Of a DNA stretch of 34,367 nt, positions 1 to 11,312 are shown in pieces. Origin of the DNA: Lophium mytilinum. Taxonomy: Eukaryota. The notes beneath the pieces were generated by a model. The model was not told the origin of the DNA, made no database searches, and was given only the letters and a program-made list of their open reading frames with translations. Each line of letters opens with the position of its first letter. Position 1 is the stretch's first letter. The position numbers were made by a program, and so were the translations under genes. The DNA is taken from the NCBI GenBank assembly GCA_010093605.1, contig MU004186.1, forward strand, positions 2,274,616 through 2,308,982. Direction: 5' to 3'.

Positions 1-1059
1 CACTCTAAATAAGCACACTCGTGGATAGCGACAGTCTTCAGGTCCGCGCGCAAGAACAGCTTCAACGTCTGAGGAGTGAGGACTCGCTTCTTTGAGAAGA
101 TTTCGCAGAGACGCTCAATGATAGAATCTGGCAGATCGCCGAACTCCTCTACTTCTTGATGGTGCTGAACGATTTTCTCGATGCAGAGCTGCTGCAACGA
201 CTTGGCTCCGTGGGTGACGATACCGTCGAGGCGGTTGCTCTCCACCTTGCGACGGGTCTTTCGAACGGCGGGCTTGTTGGCCTTCTCGGTCGCCTTCTCC
301 TCCTTTGCAAGATCCTTTCCGCAGGGTGTGCAGACCAGACCACCGTCTGGGCCAGTTTTGCTGTACGGGGTGACGGTGAAGCGTTTGCTGCATGTCTCGC
401 AATTCTCCAGCTGGCCTGGCAGCGGCTTGGACTTCTTGTACATGTTACCCAGAGCATCATCGTAATCTTCATCGGAGTCTTCGTCGTCAGAGTCGTCGCG
501 CTTCTTCTTCTTGCTTGCAGCCTTCTTCTTGTCTTGCTTGCCCTTCTTCACCTTGGCGATGGCATCTTCTTGGTTCCTCTTGCGCTTGCGCGACCTCTCA
601 ACAGCCTCGGCGACGGCATTCTCTTCGGCTTCCTGTTCTTCAGCTGTCTGCACCTGGTGGCTTGGACCTTCGCCGTTGTCTGGGGCCGCCTCGTCGCCAT
701 CTTCACCACCTTGTTGCTCGGCCTGCTGAACTCGTTGGAGGTAGGAATCACGGATCTGGGCGGCGGAGATATTGTTCGCCTATTGGACCGCACGAGTTAG
801 CCAGGGCTCGACGATACTGAGACTGGTTTGCTGGTCTTCAAAAGGCTAGGAGAAACTTACAGCAAGGAAGTCGGTCAAAGCGGAATGACTGTGACATCGT
901 CAGCTCAGCTCAGATCACACATGCAATAGCTGCTGGAGACTTACGGTCCACGGATACCGGCGGTGCCACGGTTGGCGCCATTGTTGCGTGCGCGACGATT
1001 CGACCTGTTTGACGGATGATCAGTACGACCATCTCTCGAGCGATCAGGGAGCCTTACAT
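1..1059 (-). CDS. RAD7: Nucleotide excision repair protein Rad7 (5' part; continues off the window). Exons 1059-1058, 1004-945, 888-861, 779-<1
   Basis: Manual splicing with GT..AG introns and CTRAY branch sites gives MSNRRARNNGANRGTAGIRGP-HSALTDFLA-ANNISAAQIRDSY. A lysine/acidic tract follows, then LPGQLENCETCSKRFTVTPYSKTGPDGGLVCTPC and KSLQQLCIEKIVQHHQEVEEFGDLPDSIIERLCEIFSKKR. These motifs are characteristic of Pezizomycotina Rad7. Confidence 0.85.
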
Positions 1060-1226
1060 TCTATCGCGAACCAAGAAGATGAAAGCGAATCGATCAAAAT
1101 TGCATCAATCAAAGCAGAGCGAGGTTGACTGGAGAGGTAGATGGTGGAAAGAAGTCTGGTGTTGGAGGTTGGGGTTGGTAGAAGTGAGGAGCGACAAGTC
1201 GGCGGTCGGTGGGGCCTTTTCAATTA

Positions 1227-1232
1227 ACGCGT
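1227..1232. promoter_or_regulatory. MCB-like box (ACGCGT) upstream of RAD7
   Basis: ACGCGT followed by CTCGCG, about 170 bp upstream of a DNA-repair gene. A 6-mer can occur by chance. Confidence 0.25.
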
Positions 1233-1591
1233 CTCGCGCAGTCAGGTGGCAATTAAGGCTTATTCAGAAGGGATTAGCGCCTTATTGAGTGCCCCTTTTT
1301 GCTAAAGGCTTTCACGTCATGCAAATGCATCACTGTCCAATGTGCTCCCATGACATTCCTGATACTCAATTGGTATTTTCTCCACGCCTTATGATCTGGA
1401 GCCCATAATGCACCCCCAGGGGCAGCCGAACAAGTATCGCCCCGATGCATACTCCTAAGCTATGCCGAATCCAGGACTGAAATCCCATGAATGAAAGATG
1501 CATCTCAAATTCCGAAGATACAACACCAACCTGTCCGTGCTGATGGGAAGGCCCCACCAGTACAGAAGAGTTTCAGCTGTCCGAGCGATTC

Positions 1592-2920
1592 CTAGAACCG
1601 GACGTCGTCATCGCTATCGCTGTGATCGTCATCGTCGTCTTCGTCATCCGACTTCCAGACTTCAGGCTCCGGGCTAGGAGGTTTCTAGAAATCAATTAGT
1701 ACAAGTCAACGTCGTGATGTATTCCGGGTACACTCACGTATGCCTTGATCTTGGCGAACTTGCCTCCGCCCGCATTGACGGTGCGCTGGGTAGCAGTAGA
1801 ATGGACAGATCCAGCGACAGACGACCCTGTAGTTGAACCACGTCCAGCAGGGTGTCCATATTTCGTAGGATCGAAACCGCCGGAGGAGAGGCCCGTCGGC
1901 TTGCTCTGCAAGGAAGAGGTCGCACGGGATGACTTTCCCTTCGCAATCATCCACTCTTCGTCCTCCTCCGCTGGCCGTCCACCGACCGAGCTACCAAGTC
2001 CGGTATCAGACGAATCATATCCGACCCACGGGTTGACAGGTTTGGTAGCCGCATATCCGTCTTCAGTCGCAGAGCGCGACGAAGCAAGATTCAGCTTCTC
2101 CATCTCTTGTTCGAGCGCCACGCCGCCGCCATAGGTAGTATCGCCCTGTCCGGTGTCAGCTCATGTTGCGCATCATGCTGGGTGTTGTATCAGGCACTGA
2201 CATTCTCAGAGGCCAGAGAGCTGCTGCCATAGGCACTGTCGTAGTATTCTAAGTTTGCCGCCTCCTCCGCAATCACCTTAGAGACCGGGGCGCTCTCTGG
2301 AGCCTCGTAGCGGTCCTCATCGATCGGAGTCAGCGCCAGATGCTTTTCCATGCAGGCCATGCATTTCTACGCGGATGTATTAGCATATGCCTTCCGAATG
2401 AATCGCAAGATGTCTTACAGCACGGTCTGGATTGGACCGCTGAGCCTTGGCGAACTCCTCGAGTCCCTTGGTCTTGCCGCACTCAATGCACGACAGCTCC
2501 ACGACCTGTCCACCGGAGCACACGCGGCAGTTAACAGAGGGGTTGCGATAACCATCGAGGACCTTGGCGCGATACTCAGCGAGCTGCTTGGTCGAGAATT
2601 GGGGCTGGTGCTTGTTCTTGTTGCATCGGCCGCACTTCAGCCTGTCATAGGTGATTAGCAGTTTGCACGTGAGACCGTGGAGGCAATTGGCTCCAGCTGG
2701 GAAGCTACGGTGCTGAAGCTCTGTGTAGCGCGGATAGAGTCCTGTAGGAAGGTGAGGGAAACTTACATCTCCGGGATCTTGACCTGCTTGAGCCTGCACG
2801 GTACTGTTAGTCACTCCAAACGCCCAAGGCACTGGCCGTTGAATTGGCAAAAACTTACTGTCCTGAGCCATAGCTGCCCCAGCCGCCTGTGACTTGATTC
2901 CATCCACGGTTCTTACCCAT
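1592..2920 (-). CDS. Stc1-domain tandem zinc-finger protein, about 6 exons
   Basis: Spliced product MGKNRGWNQVTGGWGSYGSGQ-LKQVKIPEM-LKCGRCNKNKHQPQFSTKQL..NCRVCSGGQVVELSCIECGKTKGLEEFAKAQRSNPDRA-KCMAC has four CxxC pairs with FS.kQ and Fa.aQR spacing. A disordered S/G-rich tail follows (KFAKIKAY) with an acidic end DDEDDDDDHSDSDDDVRF*. Confidence 0.7.
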
Positions 2921-4975
2921 GGTTTCTGTGGTGTGTGGTGATGGAGGTAGAATCTGGTCAATGAGGGTAGGCGGTGGCCAAGGATGCTAAGATGGAGTGA
3001 GGTGGAGGAGCGAAGATCGAGAGAGGGTGGCAGACGTTGATATGTCTGCGGTGGGGCCTGCAGCTGGTTGGTCGGCCAACAAGGTCAGGTGAATGAGCGG
3101 CTACCGGCGCTGCACAAGGCCGTCGGCTTGCTGCCTCGTGCTCCGACTCTCGGCTTCACTCGGAAGATAAGCTGGCCTGGGTGGATGAAGCGAAAACGGG
3201 AGGTGACTGGATAATGGATGGTTCGTGAGATGGAGAGAGGAGAGAGGCGGTGCAGGCGGGGTGACGTTGAAGAGCAGATGATGGCTCGTGAGGCAGCCGC
3301 GAGCGCAATGAGAAGTCACGCACCGACACACGAGATTTCGAGGAAAAGAGAATCTCGTGGAACTTCACCCAGGATAAACAAGCCTAGGGACGGTATCTCT
3401 ATTTACCAATATTTACCGAGCATCGTTCTATTCGTAGTCAATACGATATCATCGGCCAGAGGCCATCTCTTTGTGAAGTCTTACGCTTGTGCAGTAGGAC
3501 CGTATCTTGCTTCTGAACTCGTTCCAAACTTCCAGGTTAGCCCGAAGACACAAAGGCAGTCAATTCCAGCCTGATGCAGGCTTTCAATCTCATGCACGAG
3601 GTTCTGCGCGTACCCGCTCGATGTAACATACAGTCCCCACTGTCTGAGATCCCGTTCGTTCAATGAAGTATCATTTCAAGCTGCCATAAAGGATATAGTT
3701 TAGTACGTGAACGATACTTTCGAAGATTCGGGATCAGGTGAGGGAGAAAGGGATGAGACATAGATAATACAGATGGTGGTGCGAAGATGAAGTAGGCGGG
3801 TTCAAGAACTTGTTCCTCCATCTGCCCGCGAGTAAATCAGCAACTTCCCTCCAATGGAGAGAAAAGTTATACAAACAAAAAAAAGAAACACCCAAACATC
3901 CTTCGCTATCGCAACAGGGCCTTGAGCGCCTCCAAGCCACGCTTTACTCATTCCAAGCTATCCTTCCCGTATCCAAATCTTCCTCATACCCCTCAGACCA
4001 TTCCCAGGCCCTCCCAGTTGAAGGATGCAGGTTGGGGACAGACGTGATTCTATAGCAGCGCCATGCCCTACAAAGTGGAGAACAGACGCGGCCAAACGAC
4101 TGTTCTCGATACGGAACATGAAACACCGTACTGAGCTCTCGGTGTTGAAAGGCTAGCGAGAAAACCTATGATACCACCCCTAATCACTAAACCTACTAGT
4201 ATAATACGTTACCCATTCCAAGGTCTGCCTCAGCTTTATCCGCTGCTCTCCTGGCCTGGCATAAAACGAACTGCGGTACAGCAACCAGAGTGACGTGCTC
4301 AATGACCGGAAGCATGATTCTGAGCTTCCTTTTGCCGGAGACGGGTCCTGGGGGTATTCTTGTCTAACGCACGTCGCGTGCGATCATGAACAACCCCGTC
4401 TTATGCATGCTTTGCTGCGTCGATCCGCGCACGGTATCACGAGTTCCTTGCTTTTTACATATTCCTTCTCTTCCAGACATCGACACTCCGACCTGCCACC
4501 AAAATCATCGTCCAGTGTTCATGTGATGCTTGAAGGGGTTTGGCAGAGGGTTTGCCAGATGAGAGGGATGAATTGTGGTCAGAATAGGCATTGGTGTGTC
4601 GGATGAAGTTGGCGATTCTCCATAACCTCTCGACGCTTGGACCATGGTCATCTTTTTCGTCTAGGCCTAATTTGGTCATCCTTCTCCGACTAGCCCCTTC
4701 TCAATCAACATCTACACGTAGTTTGCAACTCAAAGTGTAGCACGAGAGCAGACCACCTCATATCTTGAATGAGAACACAGTAGACTGGTCATATTTCGTT
4801 ACACCAACGCCGGAAGACGTCGATACTCTACGAAGCCAAGAACAAATAGACAAACTCCTTCCGACACCTCCTCAAATCGGTCTGTCGAGCTCAGTCCAAC
4901 ACCAAATCAACTTTCTCGATCTCTAGGGAATAACCTTCAGAATAACGCCCCTTGGATGTTCCAGACCTCGTTATC

Positions 4976-7299
4976 TTAAAACCCTCCAGCGCCCCTCACT
5001 CTGTCAATCGCCCCCACAATTCCCGTCGCCCACGAAAACTTTCCAGGGTTCTTCCCAATAGCGCCCTCGGCCTCCTTTCCATTCTCGTCTCTCCACACGC
5101 CATCTTCCTGCGACGCCGCGCCGTACAGATGCGTGTTCTGATTCCTCCTTATCCCATCCAGCCACGCCTTGCAGATTACGGAGGAGTCGATCATGATATT
5201 CGCTTCTTGCGAGTGGTACCACGATTGCGTATCCTGGTTGCCGTTACCTTGAATGCCGACATGCTCATCGACAACCATGAGTTTGACTATCCATGTATCA
5301 GCGTCCATGCAAGCGGGGAAGTGATGCAGAGCGGGAGGAATGCACTTACTATGACAGCTTCGCTTCTTGAACTTGTTATGAATCGGTTTCGTCTGGTCCT
5401 TCCCGACGTAGAAATACACGTTCAAGTTCTTCCTCTCTTCCTTCTCGAGACCGGCATAGAGCTTGCTCGACACCATCTCGTTCGTCCCGCCTTGGAAGGG
5501 GAGAAGCTCGCCAGCGTCGTTGTAGCCGAGACAGACGTAGTATACTACCGTTATGCCTCTTCGAGCTGCGGCTTGGAGCTCAGGGAGGAGCGGCTCGGCG
5601 TTGAGGTTGGGGGTTTGGATGAATACGCTTGTCTTTGCGTTGCGGATACATGAGAGCCATGCTTCGTTTTGCGGGGTGTTTACGCATGCGTGATTGGGAG
5701 CGCCCCACGGCTTCCTGTTTACGAGAGCGATTGGGAAAGCCTCGTGGGGTGCGTGTGGTATTAGCGGTGTCATGTCTTCTGCAGGGTCGCATTCGGGTGC
5801 TGTCGCTTTAAGGTCTAGGTGGGTGGCTTCGTCTTTGTGTGTTCGTTAGGGTTTGTTCTCCTTCAATATTGGGCTTGCTCACTTAGATGTATGGCTACGC
5901 GATCCATCTTCTTCTCATTTCCTCGCGTTGACAATACAGACTGCACTCGCGCGATCTCATCCGCAATGGAATCGTCCCAATGCGGATCAGGACCCGTGTG
6001 TGTTTTCTCTCGTTCTAGATTTTGAGTCTGGGTTCCATCCGACTTCTCCACATTGACGTTTCCGTTAGCGGTCCGAAGACTCCCGTCTGAGTTGAACAAA
6101 CTCAAGAAGCTCTCCAATTCGAATGTGGGGTATTCGCCTTGGTTCACTGGTTTGTTATGCAGCGGTAGTGGCGGGTCCAGCTGCTTATCCCACGAGATCA
6201 AACAAAGGTCATAGAAAGAGTCGACAATCGGTCCTTCCAAGTGCGTCGCCATCTCGCAATTGTCGTTACTTTGGATGTTGTTCGAGCTGATGACTGCGAT
6301 CTTCCGGTCCACGACCATGAACTTGGAGTGGAAGGTTCCCAGCATCGGTCGATGGTAGTTCATGACCTGCAAGTCAACGTTTGGGATCTCTAGCGGGTGC
6401 GGCATATTGACTGCCTTCCCGCTGTATGCCTCTTCCGGCACTAAAGTATGGTTGTCTACCAACTGTCGTACTGTCAGCTCCCCATCCCCTTTCTCCAAAT
6501 AAATCATAGCACCTCCACTCACCTGTTTGATATGCCCTCGATCATAAATGATCTTCACCACCGCCTTGACACCCCTCTCCCCTGCCCTCCGACTTAACTC
6601 CCTGATAGCATCACAAATGAGCAACGAACTCTCGGAACTCAACCCTGCACACAATTAGCCCAATTGCACCCCCTACACCTCTCACGTTTCACACAACCTA
6701 CAAAAGTTCGTCGCCAAAAACACTTCCGACTCAGCTCTCGCAATCAAGTTACTCATGTGCCGACAAATGTCCACGATGTTCCCGACTATACTCATTGGGA
6801 TGCACCCACTACTGCCCATCAGACTCGGACTCACGCACCCCATTAGCGGGTCATGCTCCAGCGTCAGCAGCGCATCGTGGTACGCGCGCAAGAACAGCTC
6901 GCTGGGCCGCGTGTCGCCGAACTTCCCGCATTGGTACGCGCGCTCGAGATCCTCTGCCGTCGCGGGCGTGCGATTGGTAGACGCTTTGGGCTCGAGGACG
7001 GAAATGTTGCGGTCACCTGTCGCGCCGCCGGGTCCGTAGAGCGTCGCTGCGATCTTGCCTGGGGCCGTGCTGGGCGCGCGGGCGTATTCGGCGGAGACGG
7101 AGGCCGGGGAGGTGCAGAGCTTATACACCTTTTCTGAGATCTTGGTCGCCATGGTGGCGCGGGGGACCCAAGGCTGGAGGTGCCAGATGTAGAATGCTGT
7201 GGATAGAGAGACGAGTATGAATGTAGAAATGACAAGCTTGGGATTCGAGTGAAAGAGATTGGACGAAGTGGGTTCGGGGACACCAGGGAGGTGGGACAT
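4976..7299 (-). CDS. Phospholipase D/nuclease superfamily protein with two HKD motifs, 4 introns; possible alternative start at 7152
   Basis: ORFs 6682-7332, 5863-6654 and 4976-5773 join through canonical introns. The motifs are HSKFMVVDRKIAVISSNN and (spliced) HIKLMVVDEHVGIQGNGNQD, both HxKxxxxD. Confidence 0.85.
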
Positions 7300-7973
7300 C
7301 TTAAGCTTTCCCTGGGTGGTAGCTCTCACCACACCACCAAGGCAAATAAAGGACTACGGACCCGACTCTACGCGGTTCCAGGTCTCAGGTGCATGCACGC
7401 GAAAGCTTACCGTTTCCAAGCGCGAGGGTGAGAGAGAAAGGCTGGGTACGCGAACCGACTGGCCGTTGCAATCGAGGCCGCGCAATACTGCTGGTCGAGA
7501 CGTCATGGGCAAGCCCTCCCAATCAGGGACCGGTATGACGCGCTGGTGGGCAGGAATCCAGGGATGCAGGGCTGGGGAAACAAGCAATACCAAGGAAAAA
7601 CAAGCCTTTGAGCGCGCCGATCGCTGCTGGATGCGGGTTTGACAAGGGGCTAGCTTGGGAACGGCCGGCCCACGCGTCATGGCAGATCAGGGTTTAGAAG
7701 GGCACGGAAATAGATGTGGCATTGTCTGCTAGCATCATCATTCACACAGCGCCGCATATGGCCAGCTGAATGAGGAGCTCATGCCCCTGCCGAAGACGGA
7801 ACCAACTGGTCTAGTTGAGGTCAAGATCATAATCCATCAAATCCTCATAGTGGTACTTTATTCATACCGTCTATGCAGCTATCATTGCTCGTAATTTAGA
7901 CCCTCGGAGCATCTCCGCAACCAGCCTAACCTATCAACAAGCGCCGAAAACACCCCTCCAATCAAAGAGACAT

Positions 7974-10623
7974 CTACTCTTGAAACTGTACGGCAGACCT
8001 TGGCCAGACCCGTTTGTAGAGTGAGCAAGCAACTGCATCCAGAGGGTTGATTTTCCCATCGAAAGTGGCCTGTGTCTTGGTCAGTATATTTCAGGTTTGT
8101 CAATTGCTAGAAGAATGTCTTACCTTGAAGTACCCATGCGTGCCCAGGCTCTCACGGATAAAGCCGCTCCTACCCCTCTTCGTCCAAAGTTGCAGTGCTT
8201 TGAACCAAGCAACATCTTCCGAGTTGAAGAACATGTACCGTACAGTTACCAGCTTCTTGTGGATCTTGTACGGATGTCCAGTGAGAATAATGCGCTTGGT
8301 GACGACTCTGTTAGTGGAAGGTGCCAATGAAGTTCCTGTCGCGACCAAGTTCAGTGATTGCGGTGTAAGGTCTTCTGGGTCTGATGGGACCACTCGCTCA
8401 AAGTACAGAGCAGGCACCGAGCCCCATGTCAACGGGCCAATGAACGAAGCAATGGCATTGCGACCAGGATGGAGATAGCGGTCGAATTTATGGACGTCAT
8501 TAGGAGAGTTCCCGGCTGCTGAAAAGATGGGCTTGATGACCATTCTTCGTGGTCCACATTGGACTACAAATTCTGTCTTCGATTTGACCGGGACAGGATA
8601 GCTGGAGCTGAGGGTTATGCTGTAGTTCACAGACTGCAGAGAAATTGTTAGCGTCTGCGACAGCAGAATGGAGATGTATGAGTGACCTACGGTGCGTTTA
8701 TGCTCGTGGCGGAGCAGTGAGAACATTGAAAGAGTACGAGAGGGGTTGTACGAATCCTGGAATGATAGTGGTACGTTCTTGAGATGAACATTGACACGAA
8801 TGCCAGGCGCCACGCCTCCGACCGATGTTTCTCGAAGCACCTTCTTCACAGCGCCCTTGAAGTCTTTCACCTCCAAGAGACGCGGCCATTCTGATGGCTC
8901 GTGTGGCTTGTCTTCATCGGTCTCCCAATTACTGGTCCGCAGGCTCTGATTCAAACGTTAGTATGGACGATCTACTAGACAGGAGATTGGAACGCACCTT
9001 CAAGCCTCGGTACCTAGCGAGACGCTCCCTCGCTAGAACATTCGGGGGAAGTTCAATCTCGTCTGGAAACTCAAGATCCTCCTCAGCTTCGTCTTTCCGT
9101 GTCCTCCGATATTCAGCTAGCTGATCAGCCTCGTCTTCTGGAGAAGGATCCAAAAACATCTCCGATTGTGCATAAGTTGTCGGAGCGCCTTCAGTAGGTT
9201 CTGGTCCATTGGGATCCATTCCCTCAACACCATCAGCAGGATTTGCTGGTCCCTCCATGTCGAGATCGCCATCTTCATCTTCTTCGGCGTCCTCCAGATC
9301 AGACCCAGAATCTGACACGTCATCCAGATACCAAGCAGATTGATAGTTCGATGTACCCTTAGGAAGTCGTTTTGGCTTCGCGCCATAGGCAACATCTTCA
9401 TACTCGTCGGAAAAGTAATGATGGTCGTCTAGTAGCACTCCCTTCTTCTCTGAAGGTGCGATTGACATTGGATAATTCGACGCATCTTCCATGACAGCTT
9501 CTTCTGGCGCCAGCTCTTCAAGGCCTTCCTGATCAGCTGTGGGTTCTTGTAGTAAAGCCGGATCAACATCCTCCATCTCCACCTCGCCGTTGCGCTTTTT
9601 TGATGCCAGTGGTGCTGCAGTAATCTTGCCGATCTGGAAATCACCCCAGTCTCCAACAGTCACCAATCTATCTACGTTCAGACCCCGACCTCTCACCACG
9701 CCAGTCAGAACCACCTCTCCCGTTGCACCATCAGTCATGGCAGACTTTCTGGCAAGCCATTGAACATCTTCTACCATCATCCACGACCGTTGTTCCCTCC
9801 AGCTGATTCCCTTCGGTATCGTGGTGCAGAGTGACCGTACTAGGTTGGCAGATTCTTGTCGTGAGTCCAAGGAAAAGACCTTCTCTATCGCAGGTAGGAA
9901 ATGATTGATGTACGACAAAAGCGAGACGGCGGTTTGGGTTCTCCGTTTCGGCGGTTCGACAGCATCAAGGCCTTGGACCACTGTGAAGCAATTCGACAGT
10001 CCCTGACTCTCTATCGCCCGGAGAAGGTGCTCTCCTTTCGCATCCACCTCTTCCTCGGGTGAGAGCACAAAGACCACATAATCTGCAACTCTGCAAGCGT
10101 CAAGAGCAGCCAGAAGATCCCTCTTCACCATTATGTATGACACCTTTTGCTTGAATCGCTCGACGTTTGTCCGCACCCAGCCCTCCTCTGGCACCTCCAC
10201 TTCCAAGTCGACGCCTAAGTTTAGACTTCGAACTGCAGCGGCCGTAGAGAGGTTCGCGCATAACGGAACAATCGCGACAATTCTAGGCGCGCCATCTCGA
10301 CCGGAGAATACGCCAGTGGCTTTGAGGTGTTCATTGTGGTTCGTAAGGCGCTTCTGCTTCGCTTGATTCCGCCGGTCCAGCTTGGACATGACTTGTTGGT
10401 GTGGCGTCTTCCGTATTCCTCTCTCGGTCTCAATCTTACCTAGAGCCAAAGTTAGAAATGTTTGCATTCACAGGGCACTCAGCCCTCCCTGTATCAACGA
10501 GGAAAGTCGCGAGAACCAACCTTTCGACCGATCCCTCAATGCACTTTTCGAGGCATGCCGAGATTTAAATCCCTTCTGGATCGCCTTCGTCGTGCTCCGG
10601 TGGTGGTGGTCAATAGGCGCCAT
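7974..10623 (-). CDS. TSR1: 40S ribosome biogenesis factor Tsr1 (Bms1/Tsr1 family), 4 introns
   Basis: N-terminal [131 protein letters not shown]. Confidence 0.95.
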
Positions 10624-11312
10624 GCTGCCACCGGCCTTGAATCTGAATGGGATACTCGCCACGTTGGCTAGGATCTCGATCGAGGATAGTCGTGATGTTG
10701 AGTTTTGACAAGAGGCGTAAAAATCTTAGTGGGGGATAATTGCCTTATCGATAAGGATTGCAGACTGTGAATGCCCGACTCTCCGGGAAAAAAGTGGTAG
10801 TCAGCGAACTCGCGGTAATGCCACAAGAACAAGACATTCCCCTCGAGCTCACATGAATACACCTAAATGGTTTGAGGTCCTTTAAAATCCTACTGGAATA
10901 TACGGTATAACAGTTTTCGTACGCTTGACTGCGTGACTGCTCTACCGGCCACCTTATTCTACGGTGCTGGCTTGGCACGCCGGGCATGAAAAAAGTGGCA
11001 CACTCACCAAGATCTATCTTTTGCGGTCGTGTGTATACATGTCTGCCACTGCTTGGAGTGCTTCGACCGGTTTCCAGATAGCCCAAAGCTAAAAGGTTCT
11101 ATCTCTTTTACATTTCAAAAGATGTATTGAAGCACTCCAAACAGGGACAGACAAGTGTACAAGAGGTAAATGCGGGTTGAGTATGCCACCTTTTTCGTGC
11201 CCCGCGTGCTTGGTTAGCTTGCCACTTTCCTTCCCGGCCGAGGTCGAGCCGGCGCCATATCAAAAAATCAAAACCTCACGATTCTCAAGCTCCAACTAGC
11301 ACACCAGCAACC
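10624..11312. promoter_or_regulatory. Bidirectional promoter region shared by TSR1 and UTP7
   Basis: 689 bp between divergent ATGs. It contains the palindrome CCTTATCGATAAGG (10743-10756), repeated (GA)AAAGTGG-type motifs and a 32-bp inverted repeat. Confidence 0.7.
10975..11209. repeat. 32-bp imperfect inverted repeat (arms 10975-11006 and 11178-11209)
   Basis: Left arm GCACGCCGGGCATGAAAAAAGTGGCACACTCA versus reverse complement of right arm GCACGCGGGGCACGAAAAAGGTGGCATACTCA: 28/32 identical. Confidence 0.85.

Noticed and set aside
156..800. 214-aa hydrophobic plus-strand ORF resembling a membrane protein
   Set aside because: It is the antisense shadow of the K/E-rich RAD7 exon.
3000..4900. 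Short ORFs between the Stc1-like and PLD genes
   Set aside because: No motifs or convincing exon structure; treated as UTR/intergenic.
4952..5653. 233-aa plus-strand ORF
   Set aside because: Antisense to the PLD-family gene, with no motifs.
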